Position numbers and translations under genes: made by a program. The notes beneath the pieces were generated by a model that was given only the letters and a program-made list of their open reading frames with translations, did no database searches and had not been told where the DNA came from. From Gammaproteobacteria bacterium (GTDB taxonomy: Bacteria; Pseudomonadota; Gammaproteobacteria; Steroidobacterales; Rariloculaceae): 64,000 nt of DNA. This document shows positions 1 to 8,735 of this stretch, piece after piece (the stretch's first letter is position 1; the number at the start of each line of letters is the position of its first letter). Where the stretch lies: contig DASZSB010000110.1 of assembly GCA_035548835.1 (NCBI GenBank), positions 3,538 through 67,537 of the forward strand, in the 5' to 3' direction.

Positions 1-152
1 TCACGGACAACATCGTGCAATTCGTGACGGGTCGCTACTGCGACAACCCGCTGATCGTCCGCGGCCCGGGCGCCGGGCCGGCCGTGACGGCGGGCGGCAT
101 CTTCGCGGATCTGTTGCGCCTCTGTAGCATGTTGAGCGGCAATCAGGACTGA
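1..152 (+). CDS. homoserine dehydrogenase (hom or ThrA-type), C-terminal fragment; 5' end lies outside the window
   Basis: The frame starting at nt 3 reads ...NPLIVRGPGAGPAVTAGGIFADLLRLCSMLSGNQD* and ends at TGA 150-152. This matches the conserved C-terminal RG.GAG..VTA.G.FADLLR motif of homoserine dehydrogenases. It lies directly upstream of thrC. Confidence 0.75.
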   Translation, partial: TDNIVQFVTGRYCDNPLIVRGPGAGPAVTAGGIFADLLRLCSMLSGNQD

Positions 153-169
153 AGACACGGACGGGACCG

Positions 170-1477
170 ATGCGCTATTCGAGCACCCGCGGCGGTGGTG
201 AGACCGACCTCGTCGACGCCGTCATGCGCGGCCTGGCGAAGGACGGCGGGCTGTTCGTGCCGGACGAGCTGCCGCGCTTCTCCGCGAAGGACTTCCGCGG
301 CGAGACGCTGGCCGAGATCTCGACGGAGCTGCTGACGCCCTTCTTCGCCGGCTCCGGGCTCGAGTCCGAGCTCGCTGCGATCTGCCGCGACGCTTTCGAT
401 TTCCCCGTGCCGCTACGGCCGTTGATCGAGGCGCAGGGCCAGCTGTCCGTGCTCGAGCTGTTCCATGGGCCGACGGCGGCCTTCAAGGACGTCGGCGCGC
501 GGTTCCTGGCCGCCGTCATGGAGCGGGCGTTGCCGCGGTTTGCGGATCGGCGGCCGCTGACGATCCTCGTCGCCACGTCGGGCGATACGGGCGGGGCGGT
601 CGCCGCGGCGTTTCACCGCCGCAAGGGCATCCGCGTCGGCGTGCTGTTCCCGAAGGGGCAGGTATCGCCGCGGCAGCAGCACCAGCTGACCTGCTGGGGC
701 GACAACATCCGCGCGTTCGAGGTCGAAGGCTCGTTCGACGATTGCCAGGCGCTCGTCAAGGCTGCGTTCCAGGACGCGGACACCAGTCGCCACCACCGCC
801 TCAGCGCGGCCAACAGCATCAACATCGGCCGGCTGTTGCCGCAGGCGTGCTACCACGCCGCGGCGAGTCTCTGGCACTGGCGCAGGCACGGCACGTCTGC
901 GAGCTCGATCGTGCCGACCGGCAACCTCGGCAACGGCATGGCGTGCGTCTGGGCGCGCGCCATGGGCTTGCCGATCGGCGAGATCGTGCTGGCCGTGAAT
1001 GCGAACCGCACGATTCCGGACTTCCTGGCCACCGGCCAGTGGCAGCCGCGACCCAGCACGCCGACGCTGGCGTCCGCCATGGACGTCGGCAACCCGAGCA
1101 ACATGGAGCGGCTGCGTGCGCTGCTGCCGGATTTCGGCGAGCTGCGAAGCGCGGTCGAGGCGTACCCGGTCGACGATGACGCCATCCGGGCGCAGATCGC
1201 CAAGGACTATGGCCGCTACGGTCAGGTCTGGTGCCCGCATACGGCGACCGCGTTCTGGGTGTACGACCATCTGCCCGCGGCGCGACGCGTAGGCCACCCC
1301 TGGATCGTCTCGGCCACGGCGCATCCCGCGAAGTTCGAGAGTATCGTCGAGCCGGTGATCGGGCGCGCCGTGCCAGTGCCGCCGGCGCTGGCCGAGCTGC
1401 TGCAACGGCCGACGGCCAGCACGCCGTTGAAGCCGGAGCTGCCGCGTCTCGTGAGTGAGCTCGACGCGTGGAAATAG
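170..1477 (+). CDS. thrC: threonine synthase
   Basis: 435-aa ORF. The N-terminus MRYSSTRGG...GLAKDGGLFVP and the PLP-lysine region HGPTAAFKDVGARF are typical ThrC. It follows the hom fragment. Confidence 0.93.
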   Translation: MRYSSTRGGGETDLVDAVMRGLAKDGGLFVPDELPRFSAKDFRGETLAEISTELLTPFFAGSGLESELAAICRDAFDFPVPLRPLIEAQGQLSVLELFHGPTAAFKDVGARFLAAVMERALPRFADRRPLTILVATSGDTGGAVAAAFHRRKGIRVGVLFPKGQVSPRQQHQLTCWGDNIRAFEVEGSFDDCQALVKAAFQDADTSRHHRLSAANSINIGRLLPQACYHAAASLWHWRRHGTSASSIVPTGNLGNGMACVWARAMGLPIGEIVLAVNANRTIPDFLATGQWQPRPSTPTLASAMDVGNPSNMERLRALLPDFGELRSAVEAYPVDDDAIRAQIAKDYGRYGQVWCPHTATAFWVYDHLPAARRVGHPWIVSATAHPAKFESIVEPVIGRAVPVPPALAELLQRPTASTPLKPELPRLVSELDAWK

Positions 1478-1513
1478 TCGTTCTGGAACAGGGACGTAGA
1501 AGACCATCCGAAC

Positions 1514-2098
1514 GTGAAGTCTGAATACTGGATACTGCTCGGCGGCGTCCTGGTCGTGGCGCTCGCCGGAATCGTTGCATGGCGCCTCTGGGGCCGGCGC
1601 GGCCGGCTCACGCTTTCGGAAGTGCTGGCGACGGTCGCGATCGACCGTGTGCACGACGTGCTTGTGCCCGACGGCATGGGCGGGCACATCCAGGTCGAGC
1701 ACCTGCTTCTGACGGGTGGCGGGTTGCTCGTGATCGACGTCAAGGCGTTCGAGGGCACGATCTTCGCCAGCGAGCGCATGGCCGAGTGGACCGTGATCGG
1801 CAAGAAGGGCAGGTTCACGTTCCCGAACCCGCTCGGCACGTTGTACGACCGCGTGGCGGCGCTGAAACAGCTGGTCCGCGACGTGCCCGTGACCGGGCTC
1901 GTGTTGTTCGACGAGCGCGCGGACTTCAGCAAGGGACGTCCGCGCGACGTGCTGTCGCCCGCGGAGCTCATCGAACGCTTCGCGCGTCCGGAGAAGGCCG
2001 ACCTCGAACGCCTGCTCGTCGCGTTCGCGCCCCACTGGGAGCGCGTGAAGAGCGCCACGGAGCCGGTGCCGGGCGGCTCGGCTCGCGGAGCCCTCTAG
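1514..2098 (+). CDS. membrane-anchored NERD (nuclease-related) domain protein
   Basis: GTG start, with an N-terminal TM helix (YWILLGGVLVVALAGIVAW). The following segment HIQVEHLLLTGGGLLVIDVKAFEGTIF...WTV resembles the NERD core. Its stop overlaps the convergent tatD stop in the sequence CTAG. Confidence 0.6.
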   Translation: MKSEYWILLGGVLVVALAGIVAWRLWGRRGRLTLSEVLATVAIDRVHDVLVPDGMGGHIQVEHLLLTGGGLLVIDVKAFEGTIFASERMAEWTVIGKKGRFTFPNPLGTLYDRVAALKQLVRDVPVTGLVLFDERADFSKGRPRDVLSPAELIERFARPEKADLERLLVAFAPHWERVKSATEPVPGGSARGAL

Positions 2099-2886
2099 CG
2101 CAACCCGAACAGCCGCTCGGCGTTCGCCGTCGTGGCGGCGGCCACTTCCTCGGGTGAGCGGCCGAGACCCGCGGCAACGCGCTCCAGAATGTGAGCCAGG
2201 AACGCGGGCTCGTTGCGACGTCCGCGCGGTTGAGGCACGAGATCCCGCGGCACGAGATACGGTGCGTCCGTCTCGATCAGCACCCGGTCGAGCGGGATCC
2301 TTGGCAGCGCCTCGCGCAGCTTCGCTCCGCGGCGCTCGTCGCAGACCCAGCCGGTGATGCCGACGTAGAGGTCGAGGTCGAGATACGCGGCGAGCTCCTC
2401 GACGCCGCCCGTGAAGCAGTGCGCCACGCCGCCCACGAGCCGCGAGCGCCGCGGCGCCAGGATCTCCAGGAACTCGGCGTGCGCGTCGCGTTCGTGCAGG
2501 AACACGGGCTTGCGGATCTCTGCCGCGAGCTCGAGCTGCGTAGCGAACGCATGGCGCTGGTCCGCACGTGGCGAGAAGTCGCGAAAGAAGTCGAGGCCGC
2601 ATTCGCCGACCGCCACCACGGCCGGATTCGCGAGCAGCGCGCGCAGCGCCGCGCTGGTGTGTCCGTCGAGCTCGCGCGCGTGGTGCGGGTGAACGCCGGC
2701 GGTGGAGAAGAGCGTGCCGGGATGTGCGGCGCAGAGCTCCAGCGCCTGCGCGCTGCTCGTGACGGAAGTGCCCGTGACGATGAGGCGCGACACGCCGGCC
2801 GCCGCGGCGCGCTCGAGCACGGCGGCGCGATCCGCGTCGAAGCTGTCGTGCGTCAGGTTGGCGCCGATGTCGATCAGGGCGAGCAT
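2095..2886 (-). CDS. tatD: TatD-family metal-dependent hydrolase/DNase
   Basis: The internal ATG at 2886 gives MLALIDIGANLTHDSF..., a typical TatD N-terminus. GVHPHHA, CFTG and ETDAPYL motifs are present. The longer 315-aa ORF start looks like a spurious N-terminal extension. Confidence 0.88.
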   Translation of the reverse strand: MLALIDIGANLTHDSFDADRAAVLERAAAAGVSRLIVTGTSVTSSAQALELCAAHPGTLFSTAGVHPHHARELDGHTSAALRALLANPAVVAVGECGLDFFRDFSPRADQRHAFATQLELAAEIRKPVFLHERDAHAEFLEILAPRRSRLVGGVAHCFTGGVEELAAYLDLDLYVGITGWVCDERRGAKLREALPRIPLDRVLIETDAPYLVPRDLVPQPRGRRNEPAFLAHILERVAAGLGRSPEEVAAATTANAERLFGLR

Positions 2887-3120
2887 GTCGGCGCGGATTG
2901 TGACGAGACGCGAGGAGGCGTTCAACACCGAGCGACGACCTCGCGCGCGGGCCGCTCGGTCGTCCGCCGACGAAGCGAACGCGCGCTGCCATCGCGACCG
3001 TGCGGTGCTGCGAGGTGCGCAGCCGAAAGCGCGGGAGCGCACGAGGTGCCATTGGACGCTGTTGCGTTCCCGCGTTCGCTGAGGTTCGATAGGCGCCGAG
3101 CCTGCGCGGTCTCACGGTCA

Positions 3121-3885
3121 ATGGCGGAACAGCTCGGACTCTTCGACTCTCGGTGGCTGCAGCCCGCGGACGCTGCGGCGCCACCCCTGTGCGTGCGCGA
3201 GAGCCGGCGGGCGCGTCGTCTCACGTTGCGGGTACTGCCGCCGTACACGCTGGAGCTCGTCGTGCCGCGCGGCACGCCGGCCGCGCGCGTGGCGTCGTTC
3301 GTCCATGAGCATCGCCACTGGATCGAGCGTGCGCGGCGCGAAATCGCGGCCCACTATCCGCTCGCCGAACAGCGCCTGCCCACACGCGTCGCGTTGCGCG
3401 CCATCGACCAGGCCTGGACCGTGCGTTACGAGCAACACGCCCGGGCGCCGGCACGGGTGCGCACGCTCGGCGAGGTGCTGGAAGTGCGCACTCGCGACAC
3501 CGGCCCTCGCGACGCCGAGGCGGCACTTCGGGCGTGGCTGTGTGACCTGGCCCACTACCACTTGACCCCGTGGGTGCTGCGAGAGGCCGTGCTCGTCGAC
3601 AGGCGGCCGAGCCGCGTGCAGGTGCGCCTGCAACGCACGCGCTGGGGCAGTTGCTCGAGCTCGGGCACGCTGAGCCTGAACGCGGCGCTGCTGTTCCTCG
3701 ATCCCGCCGTCGTGCGGTATCTGCTGATCCACGAGCTGTGCCACCTGATCTCCCTGAATCACTCGCGAAAGTTCTGGACGGCCGTCGCGCGGTACGAGCC
3801 GGATTTCGAGGTGCTCGATCGGCGGCTAACCGCAGCATGGGCGGACATTCCGCTCTGGGCGCACCCGGACGCGCGGCGGCGATAG
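3121..3885 (+). CDS. YgjP-like (DUF45, M48/SprT-like) zinc metallopeptidase
   Basis: The ATG at 3121 gives a 254-aa protein. It has RWGSCS...G.LSLN and an HELCHL (HExxH) motif, as in the YgjP/DUF45 family. The rest of the 564-aa ORF upstream is antisense to tatD. Confidence 0.8.
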   Translation: MAEQLGLFDSRWLQPADAAAPPLCVRESRRARRLTLRVLPPYTLELVVPRGTPAARVASFVHEHRHWIERARREIAAHYPLAEQRLPTRVALRAIDQAWTVRYEQHARAPARVRTLGEVLEVRTRDTGPRDAEAALRAWLCDLAHYHLTPWVLREAVLVDRRPSRVQVRLQRTRWGSCSSSGTLSLNAALLFLDPAVVRYLLIHELCHLISLNHSRKFWTAVARYEPDFEVLDRRLTAAWADIPLWAHPDARRR

Positions 3886-3888
3886 CGC

Positions 3889-4923
3889 ATGGCCGACGTT
3901 CGTTTCGGTACGCTCGCGAATTCGACCGTAATCGTCACGGCGGTCGTGTACGGGGTGTTGCTGCAGCTCGCGGGCGGTGCAGGGATCGCCGGCATCCTCC
4001 TCCGAATCATGGTGACGCTGTCGCTCTGGCGTTACGCCTACGCCGTGCTGCGTCACGTCGCGAGCGGCTGGCAGAATTTCCCGCCGCCGGAAATCGAGTC
4101 GATGAACATCTTCGGCGGCGGCTTCACGGTGATCCTGCACTCCTTGTTGTTCGTGCTGGCGCTGTTCTTCCTCGCGACGACACCGTTCATGCAGGGAGCG
4201 TGGCGGTGGATTCTGCTGCTCGCAGTGCTCGCGATCTTTCCCGCGTCCGCGGCGATCATGGCCATGACGCGGAATGCGGCGGCCGCGCTCAATCCCGTGG
4301 TGCTCACGGGCTTCGTGCGCGACCTCGGGGGCGACTACCTGAAGCTGCTGGGCGTGAGCCTGCTGCTCGGCGTTCTGCTCGTGCTCACGAGCGAAGTCGC
4401 GGCGCGATGGTGGTACCTCGGCGCCGCCGGAGAGGCGATGAGCGTGTGGACCGTGCTGGCCCTGTTCCTGGCCACGGGTGCCACGCTGCGCGCGCACCGC
4501 GACGATTTCGACCTGCTCGAAGCGCTCGACGACAACGACGCACGCGAGACGCGCCGTCGTCACGCGGACTGGCAGAAGACGCTCGATCTCGCCTACGGCT
4601 CGGTGCGCAGTGGCCTCGTGGCGCAGGCGTATCGCACCGTCAAGGAGCTCATCGCGCGCGAGGGTGAGAGCCTCGAGGTGTACCAGTGGGCGTTCAACGG
4701 CATGCTGGAATGGGACCCGCCCGAGCATGCCGCAATGCTCGGCGAGCGCTTCGCGCAGCGGCTCTGGGAAGAGGGCCGCAAGGTCGACGCGATGGAGCTC
4801 ACGCAGCGCTGCCGCAAGCTGTCGCCGAAGTTCGCGCCACCCGCAGCGTTTACTGCGCAGCTCGCGGAGTACGCGCGCTCGATCGGCCGTCACCGTCTGG
4901 CGGACGAGCTCAGCGGTCGTTGA
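3889..4923 (+). CDS. hypothetical polytopic membrane protein with a soluble helical C-terminal domain
   Basis: 344-aa ORF starting 3 nt after the YgjP-like stop. It has about 5-6 hydrophobic helices in the N-terminal 200 aa and coding-like GC3. I recognise no family. Confidence 0.6.
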   Translation: MADVRFGTLANSTVIVTAVVYGVLLQLAGGAGIAGILLRIMVTLSLWRYAYAVLRHVASGWQNFPPPEIESMNIFGGGFTVILHSLLFVLALFFLATTPFMQGAWRWILLLAVLAIFPASAAIMAMTRNAAAALNPVVLTGFVRDLGGDYLKLLGVSLLLGVLLVLTSEVAARWWYLGAAGEAMSVWTVLALFLATGATLRAHRDDFDLLEALDDNDARETRRRHADWQKTLDLAYGSVRSGLVAQAYRTVKELIAREGESLEVYQWAFNGMLEWDPPEHAAMLGERFAQRLWEEGRKVDAMELTQRCRKLSPKFAPPAAFTAQLAEYARSIGRHRLADELSGR

Positions 4924-5274
4924 GCGCGGCGTCGGGGTCGCCGATGACCGGCCGCGGCGTATCGCATGAACGGGTCGGTGTCGCTCCATGGCGACTCCGC
5001 GTTTTACCTGCGGTCTGTCTTTGGCGACAGATGGACCGTGCCCGACGACCGTTGGTAGCGTGCACGGACGACGTCAGCAGGATACCCACGCACACAACGC
5101 TCAGCGACTGACAAGGGCAAACCGATCGCGAGGTCGGGACGCAAAGCTTCCGGTCTCGTCGACGAGACAGCGGGGTTGCCGGTCGGAACGGTTCCACCGC
5201 TCTGCTTCTGGCCATGGTTCGTCCCGGACTCTCGCAGCTTCGCCCTCGATCGCGTAGCAGTGAGGAGCTCAGGG

Positions 5275-7236
5275 ATGGCAGCCGGAAACCTCTCGTTCAG
5301 GACGATCGTTCTTCTCGTACTCGTCTATGTCATACAGGGTTGCGGTGATGGCGGGTCGGACACGAGCCCCGTCGCGGCGAGCGACGCCGCGGCCGATCCT
5401 AACCTCGAGATCGATGCGCACCTCGGCGGCAGCGTCGGCGACGGTCCCGTGGCGAATGCGGCGCTGACGGTTCGTGCGAACAACGGGCAGATACTGCACA
5501 ACGCCGTCAGCAGCCAGCTGGCCGGCTACGATGTCGTGCTGAAAGCGAAGGGCAAGTATTACCCTCTCACCGTCGAGGCCACGGGAGGCACCGATCTGGT
5601 GACGAATCTCGCGCCGGACTTTCAGTTGAAGAGTGCCGCGCTCGATCCCCGCACGGGGACCATCGCCAATCTGAATCCTTTCACCACTCTCGCTCTCGCC
5701 ACGGCGGGTCAGATGAGCGGCGGGCAGAGCGCGGCGAACATCAAGAGTGCGCTGGGCATGGTGGTCGCGGAGTTCAACAGCGGCTTGACGACGCTCGTCA
5801 CGAGCAGCGTCATGAACACGCGCATCGACGCGTCGAACATGGCGCAGATGGTGAAGAGCTCCGAAACGCTCGCCGAGCTGCTGCGCCGGGTCAACGCCAT
5901 CCGTGTCGCGTCGGGACGCGCATCCACTGTCGATGATGTCATCGCGGTAATCGGCGCCGATATGGTCGATGGCAAGCTCGACGGTCGCGGTGCCGCTCGA
6001 GCCGACGCGCACGCGTCGGCCGTCACGGTCGTGGCCGCTGCGCAGGTCCTGGTGGAATCGATGACCAACGATCTCGAGGTCAACGGCCAGGCCGCCGCAC
6101 CGATCATGGATCGCGTGATCAAGCAGCTGACGTCGAACAAGGCCACGACGCTCACGGCGTCGCTGCCGGCTACCGCGGGAATGATCGCGGCGGCGCGCGC
6201 GGGGGTTGCAGCCGCGAATTCGATCGCGCCGTCCGCAGCCCTTGCGACTCTCCAGCAGAGTCTCGGCAATCTTGCGCCCGGCATGCTGCCTGCCGATGTC
6301 GCCAAAGTGCTGCCGAGCGGCGCATCGGCGGCGCTGGCGCCTGCGCTGACGCAGCTCGTGGCGGCCGCGCCCGGCGACGTCGACACGATAACGTCGATGG
6401 CCGGTTCGCCGGTTGCCAATTCTCCACCGACGATTTTCGGGTCTCCACCCACGACGGCCGCGATCGGCGTCCCGTACTCCTTTCAACCGACGGCGAGCGA
6501 TCCGAATGGCGATGCGCTGACTTTCAGCGTCGCGAATCTGCCCTCCTGGGCCGCCTTCGATCCGCAGAGCGGTCGGCTGTCCGGCACGCCGCCCGCGGGC
6601 AGTGCGGGGACGTTCGGCAATATCCTGATCAGCGTGAGCGATGGCGTCGCGAGTGCGTCACTGCCGGCCTTTGCGATTACCGTCAGCACCGCGCCGAATG
6701 CACCACCGACGCTCTCCGGGACGCCCGCCACCAGCGTGATGCAGGGAACACTCTATTCGTTCCAGCCGACGGCCAGCGACGCGAACGGTGATTCCCTGGT
6801 GTTGAGCATCGCCAACCGTCCGTCGTGGGCGACGTTCAGCGCCGCGACCGGTCTCTTGCAGGGGACGCCTGGTGCGGGCGACGTCGGAACCACCACGGGC
6901 ATCGTGATCAGCGTGAGCGATGGAGTCGCCACCGCATCCATCGGCCCGTTCAATATCGCCGTGCAGGCCGTCGCGTCGGGGTCGGTGACGCTGACCTGGC
7001 AACCGCCGACACAGAATACGGATGGCTCGTCGCTCACCGATCTAGCGGGATACAAGATCTACTGGGGAACGAAGCTCGGCACCTACCCGAACGTCGTGGC
7101 AGTCGCGAATCCCGGCATTACGTCCTACGTGGTCCAGAACCTCGTGCCGAACACGTATTACTTCGTCATGACCGCGGTCAGCAGTGGCGGCGCGGAGAGC
7201 GCGTACTCCGATTCGGTCAGCAAGACGATCCAGTGA
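5275..7236 (+). CDS. lipoprotein with two tandem putative-Ig (He_PIG / cadherin-like) domains and a C-terminal fibronectin type III domain
   Basis: The ATG at 5275 is preceded by GAGGAG. Signal sequence plus lipobox: LLVLVYVIQGC. Two ~91-aa repeats (nt 6418-6690 and 6691-6969) share YSFQPTASD.NGD.L..S.AN.PSWA.F....G.L.GTP....G......ISVSDGVA.AS. The FN3-like tail is SVTLTWQPP...GYKIYWG...YYFVMTAV. Confidence 0.8.
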   Translation: MAAGNLSFRTIVLLVLVYVIQGCGDGGSDTSPVAASDAAADPNLEIDAHLGGSVGDGPVANAALTVRANNGQILHNAVSSQLAGYDVVLKAKGKYYPLTVEATGGTDLVTNLAPDFQLKSAALDPRTGTIANLNPFTTLALATAGQMSGGQSAANIKSALGMVVAEFNSGLTTLVTSSVMNTRIDASNMAQMVKSSETLAELLRRVNAIRVASGRASTVDDVIAVIGADMVDGKLDGRGAARADAHASAVTVVAAAQVLVESMTNDLEVNGQAAAPIMDRVIKQLTSNKATTLTASLPATAGMIAAARAGVAAANSIAPSAALATLQQSLGNLAPGMLPADVAKVLPSGASAALAPALTQLVAAAPGDVDTITSMAGSPVANSPPTIFGSPPTTAAIGVPYSFQPTASDPNGDALTFSVANLPSWAAFDPQSGRLSGTPPAGSAGTFGNILISVSDGVASASLPAFAITVSTAPNAPPTLSGTPATSVMQGTLYSFQPTASDANGDSLVLSIANRPSWATFSAATGLLQGTPGAGDVGTTTGIVISVSDGVATASIGPFNIAVQAVASGSVTLTWQPPTQNTDGSSLTDLAGYKIYWGTKLGTYPNVVAVANPGITSYVVQNLVPNTYYFVMTAVSSGGAESAYSDSVSKTIQ

Positions 7237-7290
7237 GAAGCACGCATCGGCCCCGCGCCCGCCCATCGGGCCCGTGCGGCGCGGGAGCCG

Positions 7291-8502
7291 TTAGCCGCCC
7301 TTTGCGAGCTCGATCTCGCGCAGCAGCCGCGGCACCCACAGCCAGCAGCAGGCGATCACCGCGGCGCCCGCCACGAGTGCGATGCGGTAGGCGCGCGTCG
7401 GTCCGTAAGCGTCGAGAGCGAAGTCGTACAGGTAGCCGCCCGCGCCTTCGCCGAGGGAGGAGCCGAGCGAGGAGAGCGCCATGATCACGGCGAACACCGT
7501 CGCGGCGACGGCCACGGGCACGAGCCGTGCCGCGAGATCGAGCAGCACGAGGCTGCCGGCCATGTAGGCGAACCCCACGAGCGTCGAGACGACGTACAGG
7601 CTCGCGGCTCCCGCCACCCACCAGTACAGAACGTTACCGATCACGCCGGCCGCGACCGCGCCATGCAGCAGCAGGCGCGTGCTCACGCGGCGGCAATACA
7701 GCGCATAGCCCGCCGTGGCCGCCATCGCGCCGGCCGAGAACAGCGAGAACGCATTGCCGAACGTCTGCTCCGAGAGCCCCAGCGTTTTCGTGACGTGCAG
7801 GTAGTTCACGGAGTACGACAGGGGATTGAAGTCCCAGAGGAAGCTGACGATGCAGATCGTGACGAGCCCCGGCAGCGTGAACGCGGCGCGCAGCTCGCTC
7901 GCCGTCGTGCGCATCGCGGCTGCACTCGCGTCGCGGTGCGGCTCGCGCACGAACGCGAGCGTGAGTGCGAGGCTGGCGGTCCAGAGCGCGGCGCAGATCA
8001 GGAACGCGAGCCCGTGCCGGCCGTTCGTCGTGAGCCAGCCGCCGAGCACGCCGGCGAGCAGCAGCGCGAGGTAGGCTGCGAACCACTGCGCCGACTGCAG
8101 CCGGCCCGTGAGCCCGAGCGGCTTGCCGACCTCGATCATCAGCGCGTCGGCCAGCACGTCGGTGAACGCGATGCCGAGTGTGGGCACGATCAGCAGGGCC
8201 AGCAGCAGCCAGCGCTCGCCGGCGGCCAGCGGAACGTACCAGGCGACGCCGAGACCGATGGCCGCGGCGGCCGTCGCGCCGATCAGGTAGCTGCGCCGCC
8301 GCGAGCCGAACAGCGGCACGAAGTCCGACAGCAACGCGAGCAGGGGCTTCAACGCCCACGGCAGCGCCAGCAGCGCCATGTTCGTGGCGATGACGGACGG
8401 GCTCTCGCCCCACCGCTCGAGCAGCGAGCGGACCGGCTGCGCGATGAGCCCCGAGCCCGGGTCGCCGATGCCCTGGATGAAGTACAGCGACGCGAAAAGC
8501 AA
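7291..8502 (-). CDS. folate-biopterin transporter (BT1) family MFS transporter
   Basis: 403-aa polytopic ORF. The N-terminal LFASLYFIQGIGDP...GL..QP and the LPWALKPLLALLSDF..LFG.RR motif are typical of the BT1 family. The annotated TTG start looks too close to the first conserved motif (see findings). Confidence 0.8.
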   Translation of the reverse strand: MLFASLYFIQGIGDPGSGLIAQPVRSLLERWGESPSVIATNMALLALPWALKPLLALLSDFVPLFGSRRRSYLIGATAAAAIGLGVAWYVPLAAGERWLLLALLIVPTLGIAFTDVLADALMIEVGKPLGLTGRLQSAQWFAAYLALLLAGVLGGWLTTNGRHGLAFLICAALWTASLALTLAFVREPHRDASAAAMRTTASELRAAFTLPGLVTICIVSFLWDFNPLSYSVNYLHVTKTLGLSEQTFGNAFSLFSAGAMAATAGYALYCRRVSTRLLLHGAVAAGVIGNVLYWWVAGAASLYVVSTLVGFAYMAGSLVLLDLAARLVPVAVAATVFAVIMALSSLGSSLGEGAGGYLYDFALDAYGPTRAYRIALVAGAAVIACCWLWVPRLLREIELAKGG

Positions 8503-8619
8503 CGTGAGGCCGGGAATCCGCGGCGCGGGTGCAGAGAGTGAGCTCAGTGGCAGCTGCTCCGAAGACAGTGGGGTGCCCGTGCGGGCACCGCCTTGGGACG
8601 GTACGGCGTGCTATCTTGA

Positions 8620-8735
8620 CACGGTCATGGGTGAGTAGCCGCTCTTCGCGGGAACAGGTTTACGTCGACGAGCGTGGCCGGCTGGCCATGGCGTAAGCAG
8701 TCTCCTGGCCTGGCGAGACCTTCGACTACGGCGCC
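8620..8735 (+). promoter_or_regulatory. candidate yybP-ykoY (Mn2+) riboswitch in the leader of the GDT1/UPF0016 gene
   Basis: GGGUGAGUAGCC at 8629-8640 resembles the conserved GGGGAGUAGC. GUUUACGUC at 8659-8667 resembles GUUGACAUAC. GGCGAGACC at 8712-8720 resembles AGCAAGACC. A closing P1 is possible (8624-8630 with 8719-8726). UPF0016 genes are a known downstream gene class for this riboswitch. I did not run a covariance model. Confidence 0.5.

Noticed and set aside
413-3184. Very long ORFs antisense to or overlapping annotated genes. Examples are 413-3184 (-), 10081-13524 (+), 16880-19060 (-), 23287-26241 (-), 25641-27656 (-), 27518-30259 (-), 44632-46671 (-) and 55541-56719 (-).
   Set aside because: Their translations are Arg/Ala/Pro/Gly-rich low-complexity strings with no motifs. 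They mirror genes with unambiguous homology on the other strand. This is the expected stop-codon depletion in a ~68% GC genome, not overlapping genes.
8616-8621. Perfect TTGACA -35 hexamer just upstream of the candidate Mn riboswitch.
   Set aside because: No acceptable -10 element lies 16-18 nt downstream (TAGCCG or CCGCTC). A start site there would delete the first conserved riboswitch block, so it is probably coincidental.
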